Assembly (NCBI GenBank): GCA_964035575.1
Contig: OZ037840.1
Span: forward strand, 1 to 64,000
Length of the DNA stretch: 64,000 nt
Source: Rhynchopus sp. YZ270_cl-10
Lineage: Eukaryota
Direction of reading: 5' to 3'
Positions within the stretch are counted from its first letter, which is position 1; each line of letters begins with the position of its first letter. This document shows, one piece after another, positions 1 to 13,734 of the stretch. Under the pieces are notes generated by a model. It was not told the DNA's origin, searched no databases, and saw only the letters and a list, made by a program, of their open reading frames with translations. Both the position numbers and the translations under genes were made by a program.

Positions 1-3000
1 CGGGTTTGCGGAGTTTGCGGGTTTGCGGGTTTTTGCGGGTTTGCGGGGTTTGCGGGTTTGCGGGTTGATTTTGCGGGTTTGCGGGTTTGCGGGTTTACGG
101 GTTTGCGGGTTTGCGGTTTTGCGGGTTTGCGGGTTTGCGGGTTTGCGGGTTTGCGGGTTTGCGGGTTTGCGGGTTTGCGGGTTTGCGGGTTTGCGGGTTT
201 GCGGGGTTTGCGGGTTTGCGGGTTTGCGGGTTTGCGGGTTTTGCGGGTTTGCGGGTTTGCGGGTTTGCGGGTTTGCGGGTTTGCGGGTTTGCGGGTTTGC
301 GGGTTTGCGGGTTTGCGGGTTTGCGGGTTTGCGGGTTTGCGGGTTTGCGGGTTTGCGGGTTTGCGGGTTTGCGGGTTTGCGGGTTTGCGGTTGCGGGTTT
401 GCGGGTTTGCGGGTTTGCGGGTTTGCGGGTTTGCGGGTTTGCGGGTTTGCGGGTTTGCGGGTTTGCGGGTTTGCGGGTTTGCGGGTTTGCGGGTTTGCGG
501 GTTTGCGGGTTTGCGGGTTTGCGGGTTTGCGGGTTTGCGGGTTTGCGGGTTTGCGGGTTTGCGGGTTTGCGGGTTTGCGGGTTTGCGGGGTTTGCGGGTT
601 TGCGGGTTTGCGGGTTTGCGGGTTTGCGGGTTTGCGGGTTTTGCGGGTTTGCGGGTTTGCGGGTTTGCGGGTTTGCGGGTTTGCGGGTTTGCGGGTTTGC
701 GGGTTTGCGGGTTTGCGGGTTTGCGGGTTTGCGGGTTTGCGGTGTTTGCGGGTTTGCGGGTTTGCGGGTTTGCGGGTTTGCGGGTTTGCGGGTTTGCGGG
801 TTGCGGGTTTGCGGGTTTGCGGGTTTGCGGGGTTTGCGGGTTTGCGGGTTTGCGGGTTTGCGGGTTTGCGGGTTTGCGGGTTTGCGGGTTTGCGGGTTTG
901 CGGGTTTGCGGGTTTGCGGGTTTGCGGGTTTGCGGGTTTGCGGGTTTGCGGGTTTGCGGGTTTGCGGTTTGCGGGTTTGCGGGTTTGCGGGTTTGCGGGT
1001 TTGCGGGTTTGCGGGTTTGCGGGTTTGCGGGTTTGCGGGTTTGCGGGTTTGCGGGTTTGCGGGTTTGCGGGTTTGCGGGTTTGCGGGTTTGCGGGTTTGC
1101 GGGTTTGCGGGTTTGCGGGTTTGCGGGTTTGCGGGTTTGCGGGTTTGCGGGTTTGCGGGTTTGCGGGTTTGCGGGTTTGCGGGTTTGCGGGTTTGCGGGT
1201 TTGCGGGTTTGCGGGTTTGCGGGTTTGCGGGTTTGCGGGTTTGCGGGTTTGCGGGTTTGCGGGTTTGCGGGTTTGCGGGTTTGCGGGTTTGCGGGTTTGC
1301 GGGTTTGCGGGTTTGCGGGTTTGCGGGTTTGCGGGTTTGCGGGTTTGCGGGTTTGCGGGTTTGCGGGTTTGCGGGTTTGCGGGTTTGCGGGTTTGCGGGT
1401 TTGCGGGTTTGCGGGTTTGCGGGTTTGCGGGTTTGCGGGTTTGCGGGTTTGCGGGTTTGCGGGTTTGCGGGTTTGCGGGTTTGCGGGTTTGCGGGTTTGC
1501 GGGTTTGCGGGTTTGCGGGTTTGCGGGTTTGCGGGTTTGCGGGTTTGCGGGTTTGCGGGTTTGCGGGTTTGCGGGTTTGCGGGTTTGCGGGTTTGCGGGT
1601 TTGCGGGTTTGCGGGTTTGCGGGTTTGCGGGTTTGCGGGTTTGCGGGTTTGCGGGTTTGCGGGTTTGCGGGTTTGCGGGTTTGCGGGTTTGCGGGTTTGC
1701 GGGTTTGCGGGTTTGCGGGTTTGCGGGTTTGCGGGTTTGCGGGTTTGCGGGTTTGCGGGTTTGCGGGTTTGCGGGTTTGCGGGTTTGCGGGTTTGCGGGT
1801 TTGCGGGTTTGCGGGTTTGCGGGTTTGCGGGTTTGCGGGTTTGCGGGTTTGCGGGTTTGCGGGTTTGCGGGTTTGCGGGTTTGCGGGTTTGCGGGTTTGC
1901 GGGTTTGCGGGTTTGCGGGTTTGCGGGTTTGCGGGTTTGCGGGTTTGCGGGTTTGCGGGTTTGCGGGTTTGCGGGTTTGCGGGTTTGCGGGTTTGCGGGT
2001 TTGCGGGTTTGCGGGTTTGCGGGTTTGCGGGTTTGCGGGTTTGCGGGTTTGCGGGTTTGCGGGTTTGCGGGTTTGCGGGTTTGCGGGTTTGCGGGTTTGC
2101 GGGTTTGCGGGTTTGCGGGTTTGCGGGTTTGCGGGTTTGCGGGTTTGCGGGTTTGCGGGTTTGCGGGTTTGCGGGTTTGCGGGTTTGCGGGTTTGCGGGT
2201 TTGCGGGTTTGCGGGTTTGCGGGTTTGCGGGTTTGCGGGTTTGCGGGTTTGCGGGTTTGCGGGTTTGCGGGTTTGCGGGTTTGCGGGTTTGCGGGTTTGC
2301 GGGTTTGCGGGTTTGCGGGTTTGCGGGTTTGCGGGTTTGCGGGTTTGCGGGTTTGCGGGTTTGCGGGTTTGCGGGTTTGCGGGTTTGCGGGTTTGCGGGT
2401 TTGCGGGTTTGCGGGTTTGCGGGTTTGCGGGTTTGCGGGTTTGCGGGTTTGCGGGTTTGCGGGTTTGCGGGTTTGCGGGTTTGCGGGTTTGCGGGTTTGC
2501 GGGTTTGCGGGTTTGCGGGTTTGCGGGTTTGCGGGTTTGCGGGTTTGCGGGTTTGCGGGTTTGCGGGTTTGCGGGTTTGCGGGTTTGCGGGTTTGCGGGT
2601 TTGCGGGTTTGCGGGTTTGCGGGTTTGCGGGTTTGCGGGTTTGCGGGTTTGCGGGTTTGCGGGTTTGCGGGTTTGCGGGTTTGCGGGTTTGCGGGTTTGC
2701 GGGTTTGCGGGTTTGCGGGTTTGCGGGTTTGCGGGTTTGCGGGTTTGCGGGTTTGCGGGTTTGCGGGTTTGCGGGTTTGCGGGTTTGCGGGTTTGCGGGT
2801 TTGCGGGTTTGCGGGTTTGCGGGTTTGCGGGTTTGCGGGTTTGCGGGTTTGCGGGTTTGCGGGTTTGCGGGTTTGCGGGTTTGCGGGTTTGCGGGTTTGC
2901 GGGTTTGCGGGTTTGCGGGTTTGCGGGTTTGCGGGTTTGCGGGTTTGCGGGTTTGCGGGTTTGCGGGTTTGCGGGTTTGCGGGTTTGCGGGTTTGCGGGT

Positions 3001-4603
3001 TTGCGGGTTTGCGGGTTTGCGGGTTTGCGGGTTTGCGGGTTTGCGGGTTTGCGGGTTTGCGGGTTTGCGGGTTTGCGGGTTTGCGGGTTTGCGGGTTTGC
3101 GGGTTTGCGGGTTTGCGGGTTTGCGGGTTTGCGGGTTTGCGGGTTTGCGGGTTTGCGGGTTTGCGGGTTTGCGGGTTTGCGGGTTTGCGGGTTTGCGGGT
3201 TTGCGGGTTTGCGGGTTTGCGGGTTTGCGGGTTTGCGGGTTTGCGGGTTTGCGGGTTTGCGGGTTTGCGGGTTTGCGGGTTTGCGGGTTTGCGGGTTTGC
3301 GGGTTTGCGGGTTTGCGGGTTTGCGGGTTTGCGGGTTTGCGGGTTTGCGGGTTTGCGGGTTTGCGGGTTTGCGGGTTTGCGGGTTTGCGGGTTTGCGGGT
3401 TTGCGGGTTTGCGGGTTTGCGGGTTTGCGGGTTTGCGGGTTTGCGGGTTTGCGGGTTTGCGGGTTTGCGGGTTTGCGGGTTTGCGGGTTTGCGGGTTTGC
3501 GGGTTTGCGGGTTTGCGGGTTTGCGGGTTTGCGGGTTTGCGGGTTTGCGGGTTTGCGGGTTTGCGGGTTTTGCGGGTTTGCGGGTTTGCGGGTTTGCGGG
3601 TTTGCGGGTTTGCGGGTTTGCGGGTTTGCGGGTTTGCGGGTTTGCGGGTTTGCGGGTTTGCGGGTTTGCGGGTTTGCGGGTTTGCGGGTTTGCGGGTTTG
3701 CGGGTTTGCGGGTTTGCGGGTTTGCGGGTTTGCGGGTTTGCGGGTTTGCGGGTTTGCGGGTTTGCGGGTTTGCGGGTTTGCGGGTTTGCGGGTTTGCGGG
3801 TTTGCGGGTTTGCGGGTTTGCGGGTTTGCGGGTTTGCGGGTTTGCGGGTTTGCGGGTTTGCGGGTTTGCGGGTTTGCGGGTTTGCGGGTTTGCGGGTTTG
3901 CGGGTTTGCGGGTTTGCGGGTTTGCGGGTTTGCGGGTTTGCGGGTTTGCGGGTTTGCGGGTTTGCGGGTTTGCGGGTTTGCGGGTTTGCGGGTTTGCGGG
4001 TTTGCGGGTTTGCGGGTTTGCGGGTTTGCGGGTTTGCGGGTTTGCGGGTTTGCGGGTTTGCGGGTTTGCGGGTTTGCGGGTTTGCGGGTTTGCGGGTTTG
4101 CGGGTTTGCGGGTTTGCGGGTTTGCGGGTTTGCGGGTTTGCGGGTTTGCGGGTTTGCGGGTTTGCGGGTTTGCGGGTTTGCGGGTTTGCGGGTTTGCGGG
4201 TTTGCGGGTTTGCGGGTTTGCGGGTTTGCGGGTTTGCGGGTTTGCGGGTTTGCGGGTTTGCGGGTTTGCGGGTTTGCGGGTTTGCGGGTTTGCGGGTTTG
4301 CGGGTTTGCGGGTTTGCGGGTTTACGGGTTTGCGGGTTTGCGGGTTTGCGGGTTTGCGGGTTTGCGGGTTTGCGGGTTTGCGGGTTTGCGGGTTTGCGGG
4401 TTTGCGGGTTTGCGGGTTTGCGGGTTTGCGGGTTTGCGGGTTTGCGGGTTTGCGGGTTTGCGGGTTTGCGGGTTTGCGGGTTTGCGGGTTTGCGGGTTTG
4501 CGGGTTTGCGGGTTTGCGGGTTTGCGGGTTTGCGGGTTTGCGGGTTTGCGGGTTTGCGGGTTTGCGGGTTTGCGGGTTTGCGGGTTTGCGGGTTTGCGGG
4601 TTT
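1..4603 (+). repeat. (GCGGGTTT)n tandem array, ~575 units, open at the window start
   Basis: Near-perfect 8-mer. Indels cluster in the first ~1 kb, and rare ACGGGTTT variants occur (e.g. 4324). Confidence 0.99.
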
Positions 4604-5214
4604 CTAGTTATTACCGTATAGAGGGTCTGTGAGCTGGCACCCTTGTGGAATCCAAAGTTCGCGTCCTCCCAGTAATTCTGATGGTACACTCGGGTAGAGT
4701 GGGGCCTAGAAACGACAGCCCCGGCCGGGTGCGCCCGTTTGTCCGATCTGGCAATATCTAAAATGGGTGTGGCATTTCACGGCTATTTTTGTGAGTAAAA
4801 TTGCGATATTTTGTGTTTCTGAGGTGCTGGGTGTATATGTTATAAAATTTTCAAAAAACGAGATAACCATGAAATATGGACAGTATCCCCATAAAATGAG
4901 GTTATTGCGACCCTGGAGGCTCACTTTTGACACTTTGGGCAAAAATTAGGTGTAGAAGTGTATCGGCTTGAAAATATTTTTTTTCGTGATTTTTGGGGTC
5001 ATTTTTTGGCTGGGAACATTGGGCCACATTTAACCACAACTTCTCAAAAGGGCAAATCTGTGGCTTTAATGGACTCATTGGGCGTTTTTATGACCTGGAC
5101 ATGGGGGTCAGATTCCATTTTTAACATGTTGAAAATTGGTCACAAGACCCTGAGAGAAAACCGAAGGTCAAATTGACCTTGAGTACCAGGTCAAATTTGT
5201 GTGGAAAAAATTTA

Positions 5215-5880
5215 CAGTACCTAATTTCTGATGCTCAAAAGTGCAAAATTCCTTCGGCAATGGCTTCATAGGACATTTCCATAACCTGGACATGGGGGTC
5301 AGACTCCACTTTTGACCACCTGAAATTTGGTCATACACATGTATGAGACCCCAAAAACCAGGATTTTGACCAAAAAATTTTCCCAGCAATTTTTGCCTAC
5401 AAAAAATCGAAAAAAATTTTTTTTGATTTTGGCTCTCCGGAGTCTGTGCGCGCTGTGATGGGGTCAATTTGCGCTGAGAAATGGATATTTTTGACCTAAA
5501 ATGCATGTATCAGTTTTTACATGATTTTTGGTTTTTTTTGTGTTGTGTGGGTTTTATGGTCAGTACCTAATTTCTGATGCTCAAAAGTACAAAATTCCTT
5601 CGGCAATGGCTTCATAGGACATTTCCATAACCTGGACATGGGTGTCAGACTCCACTTTTGACCACCTGAAATTTGGTCATACACATGTATGAGACCCAAA
5701 AACCAGGATTTTTGACCAAAAAAATTTTCCCAGCAATTTTTGCCTACAAAAAATCGTGAAAAAAAATTTTTTATTTTGGCTCTCCGGAGTCTGTGCGTGC
5801 TGTGATGGGGTCAATTTGCGCTGAGAAATGGATATTTTTGACCTAAAATGCATGTATCAGTTTTTACATGATTTTGGTAC
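5215..5880. repeat. ~346-bp tandem duplication inside the Helitron 3' non-coding region
   Basis: CAGTACCTAATTTCTGATGCTCAAAAG at 5215 and 5561. Copies stay near-identical to GCATGTATCAGTTTTTACATG; partial third copy at ~5093. Confidence 0.9.
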
Positions 5881-6360
5881 TTTTGTGTTGTGTAAGTTCC
5901 TGTAGGACAGTTGGGTGATGGAAAGTATAGTAAGTAATTTACAACTGGAAAACTAGGTGGATCGGTTCTTTTGTGTGTTTTTACTACAGTAATTTTCTTT
6001 TTTCCCTTTTGTCTCTTTTTGATCTTTATTTTTGTGGCATGACAATACTCTCACCCGCCAAAGTGAGCGCCTTCTTCAAGGTGTAGTCTTTTTTATCATC
6101 TATATTTTCCTCTCCAAAACTAATTTGTGCTTTCCATTCCCACTAAAAACAATAAAAACCGCTACCTGTGTGAGATAGTAGAAACTCCAATTCAAAACTT
6201 ATGATAACCATTTTTTCCTTTTTTTTATGCAATCAACAACAAAATCCCCAAAAAAGTGTTTTCTTCATCACAAGAGATTTCTCTCCGGCTGGGAAGAAGT
6301 ATGCAAACCCCCAAAAAAAAAAACAATAGAAAAAAAGCAACACAAACAAATTCACAATTC

Positions 6361-9300
6361 TTAAAACATTTGAAAGTCAGAAAATATCTCTGATGGAAAT
6401 GTTGGGGACAATAGGGCTTTTTCGTGTGCTTTCAATACATTTACATCAGTTCCCGTACCAATGTTAAAATGGTCAGGATTAAAAGTTTGCACTAACAGCA
6501 GTCTATTTTGTGGTGGTATTTTTTCGAGAATCTCTTCAGGAGAAAGATTCTTTGGCAAAAAATGAAAACAAGAGTAGCCATCATTTTCAAATGTTCTAGA
6601 AGTTACAACAGTGATGAGAACATGATGCATAACTGACATTAATGCTATCTCAGTATCCTGTGCATATTTGTCTGCTGATTTTAGCTGAACACGGCTGAGT
6701 ACGATATCAAAGCTTCTGTTGTTTTATGATAGTGGGTAGTATGAAGTCAAGCAGTTACAAGAAGTACATACGTATTTTTGTCTCCAATTATAAGGGGATG
6801 CTCCCTGAACAGAATCTCATTCTCTTCTAAGAATGCTCCAAAGGTTCTACGAAGACTGAACCCATCATCTACCTTCCCAGTGAGAAGCTGCTGTACTGCG
6901 TGATAGAAACAAGTTCCATCACCTCGAACATTTATTAGTTGCAGGTCACACATCGACAGAACATCCTGAAGATTGTAATATCCATCTGGGATGGAATTTG
7001 ATCTTCCCCTGTTGTTTAATTATGATAATAGTTTCATATGAAATCATAGACAAATGATCATACATATTTTTTTCAGAAACTGTTGTTGACCTTTGCAAAG
7101 CTTCTGAACGTTTCTTGCTGTTGTGGATTGTCTTCTCCCTGTACATTATTTTTATGTAAATTATACACCAATAGTTTCCAACATACCTTTCATCCTCTGG
7201 ATACTTAAACGGATGGTAATCTTCTATGAAGTTTTCGTTTTCATAGGTTACTTCTGCAAGAAGCCTCCCACAAGCAGGATTGCAGGCTTCATATTCATCA
7301 TCATCAATAGGGCTCTCTCCATCAGCAGATGTTTGCAGGTTTTTGGGTTTGCGTATCACAGATGGGTCTTCTGTTGGGTTTGCTGCAAGATCATGTAGGC
7401 TTTTTGCATAGTCTGCTTCTGTGAGCCTCAGGTCACGCTTAAGCTGCTTCCTCCTTTCCGCACTGATCTTCATTTTTATTCCCCCAACAGATTCCTCAAC
7501 TGCAGATATGACCTCCTGGTGGACACAGTTGTAGAGATATGTGTCACCTCTAGGTGGAAGACAAATCTTGATGTCGGTCCTGCTGCACACCCTTGACATT
7601 GCAACGTACAGATGGCCATGAGAGAAGCAGGGCGACTGTGACACATCCAGGCCCACCCTACGGAGCGTTTGTCCCTGCGACTTATTAATTGTCATTGCGA
7701 AGGAGAGTCTGACAGGAAACTGCTGACGTGTAAAATCAATCGTCAAATCCTTCGCATCACCGTCGCAGGGAAGCCGAGGGATGGCGACTGGCTGTGGTCT
7801 CTCTGCCCCGTTATTCTTCTTCCACTCGCATTCTTCCGTCAGGTTGGTGCAGACAAGGATGTTCTTCTTCACCTCCTTCACAACAAGGCGCGTCCCATTG
7901 CAGAGTCCTCCTGCTGGGTCTAGGTTCTTTAGAAGCATCACTATGCAGTTCACCTTCAGGTTTAGAGTGTTTGGAGGAAGACGCGGATGGTCCATTTTAT
8001 TTAGGGCCTCTGTGGAGAAGAACTCGGCTGCAGTGGGATCCTTGCACGTGTCCTCTGAGAGGCTGGTGATTGTATTCCCGGGGAATCTGCTGAGAATTTT
8101 TTCGTTCATAAACACCTGGCGTTCGTTTGTTGGGCACAGCAGCGCACAATTCTCATAGTGTCCCTCACTGATGCCTGGAAAGGTAAAAGAAATCAGACTC
8201 TCCTCGGTCACCTTTTGGTTGTTTCTGTCGTAGATTAGATCACGTGGAACCTGCAGAACTGCTGTTGTATCACCTCCATCTTCAGTAGCACCTCCTTCAA
8301 CGCACCCATCTTCATTAATGGATCCGTCTCCTACCTTCATCAAATACTCCCTGAAAGCATCATCATTCTTCACCCTCATGACCTGTGTGAGGGACATTTT
8401 CAGCAGGTCATTCCAAAGGTACGAGTTGTTTAGGGAAATCGCAATACTCTCATAGCTGGCTTTGTTTTTTCCTGGGACAGGAAGAATCTGTCGGAAGTCT
8501 CCTCCAAGCAAAACAGTAACACCTCCAAAAGGTTGCTGACATTCCCTCACCTTCCGCAGTGTTCTGTCAACTACCTCGATCACAGACTTCTGCGCCATAA
8601 CAACCTCATCCCAGACAATGAGGTCTGTGCGCTTGAGAAGTTCTACATGATCACTATCAAGAGGGCAAAGCTTCTTTGCGTTTGAGTCAAGATCTATGGG
8701 TATCTTGAACCGGCTGTGGGCTGTCCTGCCTCCTGGGAGAAGTGTCGCTGCTATCCCTGACGTTGCCACAGCAATCGCAAATCTGTCCTCCAGTTGTTGT
8801 GGCTTTTGTTGTTGTTGTTGATCTGCCCTTGCCCTTCTGCTCCTGGCCCAGTACAGACATGCCTGGTATAGAAAGGTCTTTCCTGTCCCTGCAGCACCCT
8901 GCAAAAAAATTATCTTTCCCTGGTTGCCTTCCACAGAGGTCTTTACAGTGTTGAATACCCTGTTTTGTCCATCGTTGAGGTTGGGTGCAATAGCATCAAA
9001 CTTTTTCAGCATCTTCTCCTCATTGTACCTCTCAGTGTCAAGTACAAACTCAGTTCTCTGCCCTGCAGTGCTTTCAGGAGGAGTAGGAAGCCCAAGCTCT
9101 GCCATTGTTGCCTTGACGTTTGCTTCCTTCAGCAGCCTCTCCAGGTCCTTCAGGGCGTCGCACTTCTCCTTGGGGTAGAGGTATCTTTCTCCCATTGTCT
9201 GCACCCGTTGAAGCCTTTCCCCTCTCTCCAGTGCTGGCACACACAGCTCATACTCATATTGGTCCCATGCTTTTTTCACGTCAGCTGCAGAAGCCATGTA

Positions 9301-12300
9301 ATGAATAATTACCATGGCAAAGGTAAAACGTATCGCCCGTGAAGATAACGTCGTCTGTTTGCACTCCTCCATCGAGTTCATGAGTATCTGCCCATCGTGG
9401 ATCAACCCCAATTCGGCTGCAGCTTCAAAAAACGTGTCGTGAACCAAGCCTGAAGATTGTGATGTTCTCAGCTCTGCAAAGCTCACAGGCCCACACTTGC
9501 GCAGAAGAAGGAGGCGAAGGCAGTGGAGTTCCTTATCCTTCACAGGAACCCAGTACATTCTCCCAATAGACAGATGTTCTCCTTCATTTCTATGCGAGTA
9601 AGTTCCGGCGGTGTATGTGCATTCTTCTTGATTCCACATAAAGCCCGGCCTCAGCTTCCACTCCTTCTCTCTGGTGTAAGAAAAAAACTCAGGAACATCG
9701 TTGTAGAGCAGACTGTCAAATCCTTTGTAAGCGTCATGTCCTGGAATTCCTTCGTGGTATTTCCTGCACCTCTCATTTGCTTCAAAAAAAGCAAGCAAAG
9801 TACTTTTAGATGTTGCAGCCGCATCCCTTCTCTTTGAGTCAGCACCAGCATTCTTTAGAGGGAAGTACACCCTCTGTTCGTCCTCAAGATGAATATGAAG
9901 CCTGGTCACACCTGGGTATATCCTCACCATTTTTGTGGAAATCAGGTACCCACATGCATCAGCAGCAGTCATACAATGCGCCTTCAGCCACCTGTGGATG
10001 TCGGGAGCCTTTTTTTTGGATGCTGGTGGAGAGGTGTCTTTAGGTGTTTCACCTGCAGTTGATTCTGTCTTCTTTGTCTCCTTATCTTCCTTGATCTCAC
10101 CCTCAACCTCCTTCTCCCCCTTGAACAAATATTTGAAAAGGTATTTCGCAGCTAGAATCCCACGCACTGCCTCAACGTTAATGTGGCATTGGTATCTCAG
10201 GAGAAGATAGGCGTTGTATGGAACCACCCACCTGTTGCTCCTCTGATTTGGATGTGTGGTTTCCCCTTTGTGTTTGTCCTTCCACTTCTTTACAACGTCT
10301 GGATCCACGTATGACAGTCTTCCATCATCCCTTCTTCGGACGTCTGCATAGCCATCGCGTTGGATTCCGGTGCTGTGGCTGAAGTCCTTGGGGAAGTTGG
10401 ACTTGCAGTGGCATTTGCCATCCTTCCCCCTCTGGAGGCAGGGTGAGGCTCTGTTCCTGAGGCAGTCAGTGTGCATGACGTACTCACTGACGGCTTTGTA
10501 CAGCTTTGGATGGGTTTCATGGTTCGGAATCTCAGCATGCACCACGTGGTCCACATTGAAAGGGTCCTTTGGTGACGTTTTTTTATTGTTCCACAGTATT
10601 GCATGGCAATGAGGGAGCCCCCTCTTCTGGTACTCTGTTACCATCACCATTGCAATGTTCTCACCAAGAACATTTTTCTTGCGGATGTCTTTCACAAGCT
10701 CCTTCACCTTGAGGTCGAATACTCTGTGAACCAGATCCGGTCTGTCAAGTGCTGTTTCATTTTGCAGAAGGTTCGACTGGATCTCCTCCCACATTGGGTT
10801 GCAGGTCATTGTTAGAAAGTAGTCGGCCTTGCCATACTTAGCGTAGATAGAAAGGGTATCATTCAGCAGCTGCGCACGCGCTGGCATTCCTCTCTCGAAT
10901 GATGTCGGCATTGAGATCTCATTAGTTGGCGGAATTTGCTTCCCAGACACAATATCCTTTTTTTGTGCATAACCCATCCCCCTTCCAACAATGTGGTACT
11001 TCAGACGCTGATAAATGCTGCGCATTGCTAAGTCTATGAAAAATTGTTGTGTGAGAGTGCCTTGCATGAGAAGAGGGTTGTAGGAGAGCTCATCTTTGTC
11101 TTCGTTCGGGCGGTGATGCATCTGGTATGCGGCATACTGCTTTGCGGAAACGAATGTTGCAGAGGGTGTTGTATCTTCAAGGTTATTAGCGTTTCTTAGA
11201 ACCTCATGCATTGTGTCCACAGCGTTGTCTGCTTCTGCACCATCATCACATTCTTCTACAGTTTCTTCGTGCACGTCTTCGTCCATCTTTTCATCGTGTG
11301 CAGGTATGTTTCTATCGTCTGAATCTTCTTTATTCGCATCATCCTCCTGCATGTTGTCATTATCTTCACCATTTTGTTCATTTTCATTGCTGTTTTGGTT
11401 TGTAGAATCTGAATCTGCATCACTGTCAGCAGTTGCGGCAGCTGGAACTACAATTCTGTGAGGCATTTTGAGTCGGAATCCATCATGCTCTGTGGGATAC
11501 AGAAATTGCAATGGGTATGCCAATAACTCATAGAGCTGGTTAAAATCATCGATGATGACTGGTGAGTTCCACTTGGCATCCTTACCCCTGGTATTATCAG
11601 CAGATGTAAATAAGGGGTAGACTGTGAATCTGCGCTCCTGAGGTGCGTCTTCATTGATGGTGTAGAACAGCTTTACAGCCCCCTTTGCCTCATCGGTGGT
11701 GTACTCTGATCCTGTCTTGCTTTTCAGCACTTCATTGAAATCGATCTTCAGCTTTTTCAGCTCCTCCTCCTTCCCTTTATACTGCTGGGCAATCGTTTTA
11801 AACTGGGAAGCAAATGCATTGTTTCCCAGAAGAATATGACATATTTCAGCAAGCTGCCTCAGGTTTTCTGGGAGAATTTCACCATTCATGCTTTTGTGGT
11901 TATTAGGATCAGCAAACCATGACTCTGCTACATCAGTGTCTGAAAAAGTGTACTTCTTCATTCCCCTCCCTTCTACTGACACTGCGGCTATGCCTGTGTT
12001 TGGCACACGGCTGTCACGGCGCATTTTTCCCTCCACCATGGCGAAGTGCGCATTGAGGATCATGGCGAACTTTTTGTACTGTTTGTTCTTTAGAAGGGAC
12101 AGATGCTCTTGGTTGAGGATTTTGACCTGAGGCAGCGACACCTTCCCACCAGTGCAGCATATTCTTGATGTCTCTCCAGGAAATAGCAACGCAGCACAAT
12201 GCTCACACCGCCGATCCATCCTTCCACAGGAATGTTGCTCTGTGTTGTCATCAACCTCCTCCGGAAGTGCCGCCCCTTTGTGCTTATAGGTGAAAATCTT

Positions 12301-13734
12301 TCTGACTCCCTTGCTTTGTAGCTTTTTGGATAGCTCAGCTCTTTTTTGTTCCAGGATGCTGGGAAAGTTTTCCAAAAGGAAGCGTGATTCTTCAAACAAA
12401 GAACCGGAAAGTTCATCCACCTCAAAAGCAAGGTCCCTCTCAAAATCATGATCGACAAATTTTTCCTCAAGCTCCTCCATCAAGTCATGTTCTTTTTTTG
12501 TGAGCTCCTTCAGGTTTCTGATTTGACGTGAACTCCATATGGACCGTGCCTCCTCAGGACAGCTTGGGTCAAACATCATCTTTGACTGTGGATCTACGTC
12601 TCTCAGTGCAGTAAAGCTGGCATCATGCTCAAGTAAACGCAGCTTCACCTGAACCTCCTCAAGCTCATCAAGGCTGGTGTAGATTGGTTCTCTCTTTGTT
12701 GATAGTGTCTTCCACCTTCTGATGTCCCATCTTTTCTTCAGTATATCCCTGAAGCAGTCGTTGAAGGTTGAAGATTTTGTCTCTGGTGGTTCTGATCGTA
12801 GTAACGGCACGTTCCTATGACACCACAGCAGTACAGTTTGGAATTTCAGCAGATTCTTCTGTTTCGCAAATTCAGGCCTTGCAGAAGTATTCTGCCTAGA
12901 AATGCGGAATATTTCTTCTGTATGGAACGTCCAGGAGGACAATGGAGTGTCATTCATGTTAAATGCTCTTGGTAACTCTGCTGCTGTCAAACACAATGCT
13001 GCTACAATAAATGCGGACTCTGCAGGTGTAGAAATATTTGTTCTGCCATCCAGAAGCGCCAATGTTCCCTCATCTTCTTGGAGAAATATGTCAGATTTGT
13101 AGTATATCTTTCTGTTCAGAACTCTAAACCGGATGCAGTATTTAATATGTTTCTGCAGTGAATGGACATCTGTAAACTGAGAATAGCAATATTGGCATTG
13201 TGTTTTGCATGTCGCCTCATGTGCAGTAAGGTTTTTGACTTCATCAAACTCTTGGCCACAGTGCTGACAACAGATCTTTCCTAGACACATATGGTTTTCT
13301 TCATGCACCTGTCGACACAATGTACACACCTTCACACATTTTTGAAGGTGCTCATTTAGTTTCCACACATTTTTGTAAGAAACATCACATCGCTCACATG
13401 GAAAACGGCCATGTTCATCTACCTTGGGCTTCTTCTGAGGTGGGGCTGATTCTGTCATATATTGTCCTTCGCAGGTCTTTTGATGTTTGTATCTTGCATC
13501 TCGACAGGAAAACCGCACTCGACACTTTGGGCAAGTTTCTTTGCACTTCTTTGAGCTTTTGTGATTCTTGATCTGTTTTTCCTGTGCAAAGGACGCACCA
13601 CAGTTGTCGCACATGAATCCCTTCTGATCTTCTTCTTCATCATCCTCTCTCTTTCGTTTTGGAGAGGTCTTTGTATTTGCCTTCTTCTGAGTGTGCCCAT
13701 CATCAGATCCTGTCCCGCTCCGTTGTCTTTTCAT
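6361..13734 (-). CDS. Helitron RepHel (C2H2 zinc fingers + HUH Rep + Pif1-like helicase) with spliced C-terminal OTU-like cysteine protease; join(13734..7187,7138..7064,7008..6772,6715..6361), 2404 aa
   Basis: Rep motifs YFLTMTCNP, EYQKRGLPHCH, KYLFKYLFKG. Helicase motifs GAAGTGKT, IVWDEVVM, GGDFRQILPV, AMTINKSQGQTL, HGHLYVAMSRV. N-terminal CxxC..H fingers. Three GTATG..CAG introns (48, 55, 56 nt) join the OTU motifs VRGDGTCFYHAV, YAQDTEIALMS and PDHF in frame. Confidence 0.93.

Noticed and set aside
1..4603. Telomere
   Set aside because: A left chromosome end should show the C-rich strand on +; the motif also occurs internally.
23..4632. 1500-aa ORFs (RVCGFAGL)n in three frames
   Set aside because: Artefact of a stop-free 8-mer repeat; no synonymous variation, and indels shift frames freely.
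6946..13734. Helentron/Helitron2 assignment
   Set aside because: Rep motif 2 is RGLPH, and neither an AP endonuclease nor clear subterminal inverted repeats were seen.
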